DNA from: Psammoneis japonica
Taxonomy: Eukaryota
DNA: 64,000 bases
Assembly (NCBI GenBank): GCA_008632985.1
Contig: QPGO01000054.1
Coordinates: 281,050 to 345,049, forward strand
Reading direction: 5' to 3'
Below the pieces are notes generated by a model. That model saw only the letters and a list, made by a program, of their open reading frames with translations, ran no database searches and was not told the origin of the DNA. Shown in pieces: positions 10,260 to 21,261 of this stretch; position 1 is the first letter of the stretch; every line of letters starts with the position of its first letter. A program made the position numbers and the translations under genes.

Positions 10260-13200
10260 TTGATGAGTCACAGAAACAGATTCGACTTCGGATGGAATGA
10301 AGTTCCAGAACATGAGGGGGCGGAGAAGGTCCCAGATTTGGGAGCAACCCCAATGCTTGCTGAGAATGTCAGCAGGGTTGCGGGAGCCTTCGATGAAGTG
10401 GAACTCAAGGCAACCAGAGGCAATTGCCTCACGCACACGGTGGAACGACAATGCGGTGTGTCGCTTGTGTAACTTGGAGTGCGGGATGGTGGCACTGTCT
10501 ACAACCGACTTGTTGTCACCGAACATGTAACTGACATTGTGGATCGGGATGCCAAGGTGGCGCAGGGTGATGCGCAGATCGACAATCTGCTCGACACAAG
10601 TCCTTGCGGCAACAAATTCAGACCCGCAGGTCACAGTCTCCACGGTGGCTTGCTTCTTAGAGAACCAATCAGCCGGGAATTTGTTGAGGAAGTGGAGCAT
10701 TGCCATGACAGAGCGTCCGGTGAGCATGCAATGGCACAAGTTTGCATCGACGTAGTGGGTGGCAGTGACGAACTTGCCAAGGGGCGGTGGAGCGTCCTTC
10801 GGGATCATCTCTTCTGCTTCGCCATGCATGGAATGCATCCATTCATGGGCCGGAGCAGGGAGATCCAAAGAGTCGGGCTCTTCAGCACGAACGCGGAGAG
10901 CGCCGTGTCGCATCTTGGAGAGGTAGCCACAGACGCATTTGGCACGGTCCAAGTGGCCTTGACGGGGCACAGCTCGGAAGCTGGAGAGTGACATGACAGC
11001 CGTGGTGATGTCAATTCGACCAAGGGACACTGCCCACTGGAGTGAACCAACAAGAGACTGGAACTTGTGAATGCCATCGGGCCCCAGCAGTTCGGAAGTG
11101 TCCAGTTCGGGGTGGTCACCCTTCTCCAGAGGTGACAGGGCATTGGTGGTGGGTTTCTCCCCAAACAGTCAGGCGCAGCTGTCAACCATGCGCTTGATGT
11201 GCTTGCGCAGAGACAGGTGCAAGGTTCCGTCGGGATCCCGGGAAAAGTCGCAACCCAGATGGAACTCAATGGGTCCCGCACCCTTGAGCTTGAACTTGCA
11301 CTTTTCCGTGAGAGCATCGACGAAGGATTGAGGGTCCTTCACAGCAATGGCGAGGTCGTCCACACAAACGGCAATGCATTCACAGTGGTCGCCGTTCCTG
11401 CGCATCCAAATGTTGGGTTCGGCGCGGCAGGGGAAGAATCCTTCAGCTCGCAGGCAGTCGGCGAAGCGCTCGTGCCAGCGAAGACCAGAGCTGCGCAGTC
11501 CACACAGGGCCTTGTGGATGACAAGGATGTGTCCCTCGAGTTTGCCAAATTCGGGTCCGGCTACAATGTAGAGCTTCTCCTTGGTGGTGGCTTCAAGGCA
11601 GGCATTGCCAATGTCGGTGGCCCATGTCTCTAACTCGTTGAGTTCGGCCAGGAAAATCATCAGCCGAAGGCCACGGAGGGAGACCACTCCAGAGCAGACA
11701 CTGTCGACAGGTGCGTCCGTGAGGTGCCCATCGGCTACGAGTCGTGCCTTGTGGCGACCGTCGTGTTTCACGTTTCACACTGGGTGCACTCGGATCTTCT
11801 TGTGTCCCGCAGGAGGAGTGGAAGACTCAAAGGGCCTGCAGTTGTGGAAGACTTGGCATTCCTCGAGTTGATCCATCTCGAGGTTAGTTGCGTCTCCCCA
11901 TTTGCGGTTGCCGTTGCGTTCGTCTAGTGACATGGCGTGTTTGCAGTTCCGGGGAACTTCGCATCCGTACTTGCAGCGAGGTGCAGTGCGGAAGGAGCGA
12001 AGCTTGGCTTGGTTGGCCATGCGAAATGGCTTCTTTTGGCGCCTCGCGATGGTGCAGAACCGCTTCCAGCCATCAGTGTCGAGAAGTCCATTCTCTCGTG
12101 CATAGATGGCGCAGGTGACGGGGTCGTCCTTGGCAATGATGGCAAGAGGCTCGGACGTGATCTCCCCACTTTCCCATTCAAGCATGATGTTGTAGCTTGA
12201 GCCTTTCCAGGTTGGGTCATGAGGCTTCAGAGGTCCTTCGTGTGACACGATGCGTCGAAATTTCCAAACAGCAGTGTCTTCGTCTTCTTGCTCAATGTGA
12301 TTCATGATGTCGTTGCAGGCAAGGACTTCCTCGCATTCGTCGTTGTTGACAGAGCAGACGAACTTAGTGAGCTCAGGATTGCCGTTCACTTTCCATTCGT
12401 GGTCTTCGACGGCCTTGACGATGCGAGCTCTGTGGCGTTGTCCGTCCTCTTGTGGCTGCATGAGGAAGGTGCGTCTGATGATGTCTTGCGGATCGAAAAC
12501 TGGCATCTTGGGTGTCCTGATCTCCCCATCAGGAGAGTCAACGGGGTTGTCGTCATGGCAAGATTTGATGATGGGTTCAGGTGGCTCCCCATCAGGAGGA
12601 TCAAGACGCAGGTTTCGAACGGCAGGATTGGTGGCAGCGGAGCATGCGTTGGACCGGCAGAGGATCTTCTGAGTCTCGTCAGAGAGAATCTTGAAGGTCA
12701 TCTGGTGGCCGACGTGCTCAGCAATGCCAACAAAGCGTCCACGCAACTCACGGGATTCGGACGGCCAATCGGAGTCATCGAGGTGGAAGCACACGGGTTC
12801 CCACCAGTGAAAGCGAAGCAATGGGCTGATGTCCGGGGTGGAGCCAGCAAGAGTCTCGAGGGGTGTGCGCCAGTGGAGACGTGGGGATGCTGCATGGTTG
12901 AGTGTGAAGCACACATGCATGAGCGCCAGCAGCCATGTGTGGGCGGGCGAACCAAAACGATCCATGACAGTGTTCACCATGCGCTTCACGGTCTGGTGTC
13001 GACGCTCGGCAAAGTTTTGGTGTTGCTGGTGAGGCTCACTTTGCCAGCTGGAGATGAAGAGGGCTCGTAGGATCCCGAGCACCTTGTTGCTGATCTCAAC
13101 TTGAGCACGGTCGCCAATGAGTTTGGATGGGGCACCACGCTCACGGATCTGATCCTCGAGTGTGTTGACAAACTCCTTGTCCGTCTTGGTGCCGCAGACG

Positions 13201-15863
13201 TCAGTGACGGTAGACTCGGTGCCAACAAACAGTTGGGTGCTGGTGCAGCCAGAGTCGACGGCCGGGGTGTCAGCACAAACTGTGTCAGTGGCGACAGGCT
13301 TGTTGCGGCGGTGCACATTAAGGGCGGGGTTGGGTGATTTGCAGGCCTTCCTAAGGTGTGCACCGGCGGGCATGCGGGCGTGCTGCGTGGTGCAGTCAAA
13401 AGCACGACGGACCGCATCGGCAGGCAGGAAGCCAAAGCAAGGCCGAAGAGACTCGAAGGGGGGGTCCTTGGGTTGCACAGTGCGCTCCGGGGGCAGGACG
13501 TCGTCGTCCTTGGGGTCAATCGCGTGTAGATGACACTCGTAGAACACGTCGTCGTTCGGAATGAGGTGATCATCAAGGGCTGACGCGTGATCGGCAGACA
13601 AGGAAGCGGACATGATGGTCTCGTTGACAACGACACGATGACGGCAGTTGCCGCATTCGTCAAATGGGTTGGCAGTGGGATCGTCCTGCAGGTCAGAGAT
13701 CGCGTCGCACCACTGGTCGTCGTCAGTGACAGAGTGATCGAGGACGGAAGGATCCCATGTGTCATCACCGGTGAGGATGACATGGGGCAGGGTGTCCCAT
13801 TCGGCGTCAGTGCAAGGTCGCATGGCAACATGAGGCAGGCCACCCTTGATGTCAATGGGGATGACACAGCCATCAGGGGTGGCAGTGCGTTGCAAGCCGT
13901 TGGGCACCTTGACAGAGTGATCGTTGACATCCTGTTTGTACCATTCGAGCTGGCCGCAGGAATGAATGGTCTTGCCCTTGCCCATGCATGCGTGCTGATG
14001 GAGGATGGCGATGACGGGACCACGCTGGGTCTCAATGACGGCACCAGCGGTGACAATGGGGATGTCCACCAATTGGTGGTCGTCAATGCCCTGAACGTCG
14101 ACTTGGCGAGAGGTGCGTGCAATGACGCGAACGTCGTCACCAGCAATGCCGCCGTTGGCCCCACGATCGACTAGAGCACCAGTGCGTGTGGAGCGATGAG
14201 CAGAGGCAGAGCAAATGACATTGTGGTCATTGACGCGGCGGCAAGTGCGGCCGTTGAGTTCCATGTCATCGGCAGGAGCTGGCGGAGTAGAGGGAGCGGC
14301 AGATGGCCCCGGTCGACTGGCATTGGGGGCTTGGTTAGGAGACAACAGACGTTGTAGATCACCGGGTGGCAGTGGCTTGCGCTTGGTGAGGTGCGCCAGG
14401 ATGGGATCATCCGGAGTGGCACCCACATTTGGAGCGGGGTCACCAGAGTCAGCAGGAGTCGTGTTGGACAAGTTGACATCACCGTCACTCCCAAGGCGTT
14501 GGTCGTGAAGGTTGGCCGTAACAGACTCATGGTGGTTGCTGGCTCGCGGGTTGCGGGGAGGCGGACGAGAATGCTCAAGGATGATCGCCTTGGAGAAATG
14601 GGGCAACGAATCCCAAATCCGCTGGTGGTCGGGAGGGAGACGTTTCCATTGGTCACTGGTGAGGCTGGGACCACGGGTGCAGGCAGCATTGGCCTGAAGG
14701 ACGTCAATGTCACTGTCAATGTCGCAGAACACATCGTCGGACGGTTCCTCGGAGCAGACGTCGTGTGCGTGTGTGGCACGTCGGGGAGCTCGAGGTGTCG
14801 TCTTGGGTTGAAACGCACTGTCGCATTGAGCCGCCACGGAGAGAAGCAGGCCACAGCATTGATCGCATGTGAGGCTCTTGCCACTCTGCGTGCGATGCTG
14901 ATCAGCTTGGTTCTTGACAGCACGAAGTTCCTCGACAGGGTGTGCGGCATTCTCGAGCATGACGCGCTTCTGTCCTTCAGAGAAGTGGTCACTGGCCGGG
15001 ATGAGTGCCTCGCACTTGCGCAACTGATCTTGCCAATGAAGGATGAACCCGTGGGTCGGACCTTTCCAAGTGCCATCACCAAGACGTGCGGTGGTGAGGT
15101 GCGTGAGCAAGGTGGAGGTCTCGACAGATGCGCGGGTGGAGGCGAGCGCACACTCAGACAAGGCGCGGCAGACGGTCTGAGTGTCAGAAGACCCCACATT
15201 TTCGCGAATGAGAGCCTTGCCCTTGTCGGTGAGAAGAATGCGTTCGAAGACGGCGAACATGCACTTTTGCTGTTCAGCAAAGAGCAGTTTGTCTTCGGGG
15301 CTGGTCAGTTTGTACGACGAGTCTAGAATGCACTCGACGTCTTGGGCACGGGCTTGTGCCACAAGTGAGGTGTGCCAAGTGTGCCACTGCTTGTCGGATT
15401 TGAGAGCCATGAAAGCGGTGGGGTCACGCTTGATGCCTCGCTTGAAGTCTCGCACCGGGTCGCGTGCCTTGGTCGGGTTGGTGACATGCGGAGGTGCGAG
15501 GGGTGAGCTGCCGATGGACACAGAAGACATGCAGTCGGGGCTGAGGCGGCAGGCAAGGAACTCGTCATGCGTGAACAATGAGGAGTCATTGGCAACGTCA
15601 AGACCTTCGTGTGCTTTGACAATGTGCAGACTGATTAGAGCTGCTAACACGTTCTTATAGCCGCGGGGCAAAGGGATCACATTAGCGCCGTTGTCGCACT
15701 CAAGCGAGTCGATTTGGGATGGTGTGAACGTGAACAGTTCTTGACACAAGTCCGTGCCGTCTTGGGTCAAAGCCAAACAAAGAGGGCTCCCAGCACCTTG
15801 GGCAAGCACGGTTCCAACAACGTGCTCGAAACCATCGGTTTGTTGCTGACGAGTGAGAACCAT
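10260..15863 (-). pseudogene. Copia gag-pol polyprotein in a single frame with two in-frame stops (11775-11777, 11169-11171) and mutated catalytic motifs
   Basis: Protease LVDRGANGG; integrase VATDTV, SEPHQQHQNFAERR; RT KHDGRHKARLVADG, DIGNACLEA, CVDDL; RNase H YVDANL, GSEFVAAR, FGDNKSV, NPADILSK. The three track ORFs (11775-15893, 11169-11771, 10140-11030) share one frame; the original stop position is uncertain. Confidence 0.93.
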
Positions 15864-16807
15864 GGCAGACAAAAGTGGTGTCAGGACAAGCAATTCTTGT
15901 TGGGAAGTGAAGGCAGTGAAGGCAGACTTGAAACTTGGGTGAGAACAGACTTGACTTGAAATGGACTTGACTTGAAATCTTGAACTGCCTTAAAATCAGA
16001 AGTCGCCGGGCTTTGCTGTCCCGTTCGTTGTCAAGTGCTAAACTTCCTATCCGGTCCGTAGAGTTGTGCCGGCACGTCCGCACCCGCAGCCAGTGGCGCT
16101 TTGGGTTGCTTACGAGTGGAGCAGCGGGTTGTAAACCCCTGCAGGCAAGCTGACTGGAGGTGGACAAGACCCCCGAACCGTTCTCATTTTACATCGGTTG
16201 GATTTCCCGATCAGGCTGGCCAGTTGACGCAGGCGTCAGGCGCTGTGGACGAACGAACAAACACGGGAAAACACCCTCGCCCCAACGTAGGCTGCAATCA
16301 CGGCTGCTTGCTCTCACAGTCATCCTCGTGGACCTGGCAGAACTGTGGAGCACCAGCAGTCTGGGGCAGATCAGGTGCAATGGACTCGGCGTGCTTGTAG
16401 AGTGGCAGCAAAGCCGCAGTCCAAAGAGTGGGTTCAAGTCCTTGGCCGTGAAGATGTGCACACACACATGTCTTCAGCGACGGAGATCCTTGAATGTGTG
16501 GGGTTCTTGACCGTTAACCGTTGAATGGGTGCATCAAGGGATGAGGATCAAGGGTGGACTTGGATGTGACCGTTGATGCATGTCTTCAGCGATCAAAGGC
16601 AGTGTGATCAATCCAGATGTCCAGCGGCAAGGAGACTTGACGGTGACGTTAACTTCCTGCCGATGCCTGGCATTGAATGCGCGTGGACTTGCCGATGCAT
16701 GTAGAACACACACGGAGGTCCACGCAGAGTTGAGGTGGCGTCGTCGGTAAATCAACGACGACGATGGCGGTTGCTCAATGGGTTGACAATGAGCAAGACT
16801 GTTGATC

Positions 16808-17083
16808 TGACAGAAATTGAAGGCAAATGGCAAGAATTCAAACAATGACTCCTTGCTGCTGTCTAAATGGCAGATGAGTCTCCGCTCAGAGACCGTCACA
16901 GGAGCTGAAAGACGTGCAAGTCGGTGTGATCGGGCCACTGTTGTTGTTCTTGTGAGCCTTGTGGCTCGAAAGCAAACTACATCGCGCGCGAACGCGCGGA
17001 ACCAAAGCACACAAAACTGTGCGCGGTAAACCAAACAGCGCGCGACATTTCGCGCGCACCTGAATCCTGTTCAAATCCTGTCA
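16808..17083 (-). repeat. 5' LTR of the copia element
   Basis: Colinear, indel-free match to 9971-10246; flanked by TSD AGCAC. Confidence 0.95.
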
Positions 17084-18031
17084 AGCACAGGACATGGCAC
17101 ACACAGCAAAACTGTCTTCCTTCCTTGTTGGAGCTTGCAAGACCAAATGACATTTTGTTCTTGCTGCAGGCAGCAGTTGTCAAGCGACTGCTGATCTTGC
17201 CATTGACGCGAGTGAACAAACGACAGCTCATGACGCCTGCATGCAGCCACCACCCATCTGCCCAGCACGGCCTTCACTTGGAGAAAGCAGCCAGCAGCCA
17301 GCAGAGAAAACTCTCTCTAGAGAGAGCAGAGGCCCCTCGAGTGGAGAAAACTCTCCAATGGAGCAGAGGCCCCTTTACATGCTCGAGCTGCAGTGCTCGC
17401 ACGCAGCAGGCAGCACTGCAGTGCTGCAGCAGTCGCACCTGTGACAGTGTCTGTCCATGACACGTTGGTTGTCTGGGCTGCTGCAGGCTGTAGATTTCGG
17501 ATTTCCAGATTTCGATCAACACTCTGGGGGAAGATGACTCCAGCCAGTTTCTGGCTGAAAAACGTCTGCTCGTCAGTGCGTTTGGGGGTTTTGCCAGTGC
17601 AATTTTTGTGTGCGCAAAAGACGTCGAGTCTGTCCAGCGCTCGCCAAAGCCCCCCAACGCACAGATTGACAGACTTTTTCAGTGCAAATTCTACACAAGA
17701 TTCTTCAGCCAGCAGCCACGAGACCCAGGCCTTGAGCAAATCCAAACTGGCGAGGCAGGCGCGCTCCGGATTAGCCCCACTCGGGCAAAAAATGGAGCCA
17801 CTCAGTGGCTCGCAACTTGCGCAGCGTAAAACTCGCAACTGACACAACAAAGCAGCACCCACACAGATGCAACCTTTTAACAGAGGCAAAAAGCCATTGT
17901 TGTCAATGCATTGTGTTGTCAGCCGCCACTCGTGTGTGGAGCTCGGTCGCCGTCAAATCACCGTCATGGTCGTTGGCGGTGATTTTCTCACCCCATGGAA
18001 ACAACCGCAGGGCAGTGCCAGAAAAAAATGT

Positions 18032-18433
18032 CGAACCATTGGGCAGTTCGCTGCGTAGACAAGTGCCGGGAGCCCCGTAGAATTGGTGAACCATGAGGTG
18101 GTTCGGGAGGACGAGCGTAGAAACATGCGTGGTAATTTGCACCAGAGGGTCGAATGCAAAATTGAACCAGAAAAATGAGGCTCACGATGAACAAGACGGC
18201 AGCAGTACGGAGAAGTTTAAGAACATAGTAAACCACTAAAATAAAGCATACTTATTGTCAAACAGACGTTGCTGTATCGACTGATGTAATGTTATTGTAG
18301 ATGTCTCATCATCTTTTACACTTTTACCCATCGTCTATCGGTTCGTTTTTGGCTTGCCGCGAACCACTTGATGGTTCGGGGCAGGAATCGCGCGCATTCG
18401 TGAGTTCGCGCGGCGAACCACTGCATGGTTCGC
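18032..18433. repeat. Four spaced palindromes GAACCA-N5-TGGTTC
   Basis: 18033-18049 (right arm CAGTTC), 18088-18104, 18361-18377 and 18415-18431, each with a 5-nt spacer. Confidence 0.75.
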
Positions 18434-19930
18434 GCTGGGAGTGGGGTTAGCGTACAGACCATCACCGCGGTGACAACACGGAGAATTTGTCAAAAACCCG
18501 CCGGAGCCGACGATGACATTGACGCGGTAGATAAGGTGTCTAAACATTCGTCGTTTTTTGGACCATTACAACAGAAGCTCTATTAGACCCTCATAGATAT
18601 ACGGTTGTAATCATCCATTCGGAGACGTCCATTTTGGTGAGAAATATTGAAACATACCGTTTCGCTTTGTTGTGACGCGATGACACGTGCCGATTCTTCA
18701 TACGCCCGCTACCAACCGGATTTCCAGCACCAGCTGTGTTGAACTCCGACTTTATAAAAAGGCAAGTAAATAAAAATCAAAATGGTGTTATCAATGTGTC
18801 CAAGGCTCACCAGTTGTTGTCTCACTCAACTCTCTTGCCTCCGCAGCCAATTCTTGTTGTCTTTCTAGAGCATGAGCACATCGACGAATCCAACATCGTC
18901 GTCACATCGTCAAACCCATTTGAGCAATGGTATTGACTAGACGAATATTTTTAAGACGTTGATAAAGCAACTGTAATGCATTCAGCCAAGTATTCTTAAA
19001 TGGGAGAGAGTCGGGCGGATGGGAGTTAAAATGCAGAATGAAGTTGGCGTGCGGTTCAAGAAAAAAGCATTCAAACAACGTTGACAATATTATTCTGATG
19101 CTGCTATTCTATAGAATGATAAATAGTAGTGAATAGAGCTCATCCCTGGCTCGCATCTGCTGTAGATTCATCGCAAAGTTGCAAATGTCAAATGTGAAAA
19201 CAGAAGTGTGTTGCTTGCACTGAGTTTTTATGGATTACTTGGCCTGTCTATAGCATGAAAGAGGTCAAATATAGTTGTCACGAGGCCAGCCATGGATTAG
19301 AGAATAGAATATAGCCATGAAATAGGTCTTGTGTTGATGTCATCATCTAATCTCGGTGTCGAGAAAGGGTCAATTTCCCTTCACGTACGGTGAGTCACGT
19401 GTCTTGAATCCCGTATGACCCACTCGACTCGAATTTTTTGGAAGAATTAGCTAGACTTTGACCCCCGCTAGAGCCACAAAATACACAAGATATGAGCATT
19501 ATCGGTCTCATACTCTTTAAACCGATGTCTTGCAAGAATGTAATAGGTATGTATTGTTCATGGTATCTGGCATTTCAAAATAGAACTAACTTTTCGTGGA
19601 GCACCTTTATTACACGGGAAAGTGCGAGAGTCAACATTCAGTGATTGGCAAGTAACTAACGTTCACCCCCATTCTAGGCCCCCAAAAGTGTCGTGAACTT
19701 CGTATCTGTATACTGTTAGTCGATCGAGGTGGGTATTTGGTTAAAAACGGGGGGTTAATTTTTACACGTGGCATCATGGAGCTGGGACGGAAAGCAGCTG
19801 GCTGGAGACTTCCCCCAACTCAACGCGAGCGAGGAGCGAGACACAATAATGATGAGCATAGCCGGTCGGAGATTGAGAAAATTGAGATAGCTGTGCGAAT
19901 CTTATCGCGTACACAACCTGATGATCCAGT

Positions 19931-21016
19931 ATGAACCAGTTTAGGACGATATCACTGTTTGCTCTTTTGTGTACAATGGTATTTTCAATTGCAAGAGCCT
20001 TTGTGTTTTGTGGGAATAATCGACAAGCTGTTCAGAATCAGCATCGTTGTTCAGCACGGCAGTCACTGCGATGGCACACCAACATAAGATCCACCCTGAC
20101 GACAAGAATCAGAAGTAAGCAAAGTATTGGGATACCCTAGGGTTTGAATATATCTGTCTGTCGCTCTAACATTTCGTTGCCTTCGCGGTTAAATCTTTGT
20201 GATACTTATTATTCAGCTGTGCGGTACCAAACTCCATACACAATCAACGATAGTATTTGTCCACCGACCGATCGAGATGTGCTTCGCAGTGTCGTTTCCA
20301 AACACGTTGAAACCTTGGATCGGTATACAAGTCAAAAGCCGATTGCGGCTCACACGATGGAATCGTTTCAAGCCGTCAAGGAATGGATGGAGCAATCTAC
20401 GGGTAAACTCGAGGGAATCATTATGGACAGTGGGTGTGGGACGGCAAAATCCACTCTAGTCTTGGGCAAGCGGTATCCGAACCATTTTGTGATTGGAATT
20501 GACAAGTCGCTTGCGAGGCTCAGTCGTAATGAGCATTTTGAAGCTGACGATACTACTACTACTCCAGCGGCGATACAACGTGTATCGGGTTCACCCAATG
20601 TTGTCTTGGTCCGGGCCGAGTTGTCTGACTTTTGGAGATGCTGTGTCAATCACCAATGGACCTTGGATAAGCATTATCTGTTGTATCCTAATCCTTATCC
20701 TAAAAAGGCTCGACTCAAGAGCCGTTGGTACGCGCATCCAGCCATGCCTCTGATTTTAAAACTCGGTGGCGATATTATCGTTCGATCCAATTGGGAAGGA
20801 TTTCTGCAAGAGTTTGCGCTGTCCATCCAATACGCAAGTGACACAATACAAGATGGTGATGAGAATTATGCACAACCGTATGTTCAATCCTTGCCAAGAG
20901 AGCCTGTTCCATTGTCCAAGAGCGATACAGCGAAAGTTCCGTGGACCAATTTTGAAAAGAAGTACATTGATTGCGGTGAACCAATCTACGAACTGCAAGT
21001 CCCTGTTGCTAGATAA
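19931..21016 (+). CDS. trmB: TrmB-like tRNA (guanine-N7)-methyltransferase, probably organelle-targeted; one intron (~20114-20216)
   Basis: Signal-peptide-like N-terminus ending ARAF; DSGCGT, IGIDKS, LYPNPYPKK..KSRW, VRSNW, TNFEKKY motifs. Confidence 0.8.
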
Positions 21017-21261
21017 AAAAGAAATACTTTGTATTGCCTGAACAGAGTTCACTCTAAACCAGGAAAGGCGAGTATGTAGAGGAAAGATGTGTTACTGATT
21101 CACTTCGCTCCAGGGCTGTACGTTTGAACCGACACGGTTGGACACATCTGCAAGGATTTCAACGTCTAACTTCACAATATCAGATTGCATGAGTAGCAAG
21201 GCTTTCGTAGAACACATTGAATAGCTATACAGTTCTGAGGCGGAGCACAGGTAGAAGAGAT

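Larger units (their letters stand above)
9971..17083 (-). mobile_element. Full-length Ty1/copia (CoDi-like) LTR retrotransposon, inactivated
   Basis: 276-bp LTRs TGACAG...CTGTCA at 9971-10246 and 16808-17083; 5-bp TSD AGCAC (9966-9970, 17084-17088); domain order gag-PR-IN-RT-RNaseH. Confidence 0.97.

Noticed and set aside
9971..17083. Alternative genetic code, ADAR editing or APOBEC/RIP as the cause of Tyr->Cys/His
   Set aside because: Neighbouring genes use Tyr normally. Changes occur on both strands and differ between the two LTRs, so they are post-integration. APOBEC and RIP cause C->T, which would not remove TA.
4340..18050. Dozens of 60-390 aa ORFs on all frames in the first island (other than gag-pol)
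   Set aside because: Explained by loss of TAA/TAG stops and by antisense or alternate frames of the copia ORF; Tyr-poor, Cys/His-rich, with no domains.
18700..19400. Possible second Penelope-like remnant (FILHFNSHPPDS)
   Set aside because: Too short and interrupted to support; AT-rich with no further ordered motifs.
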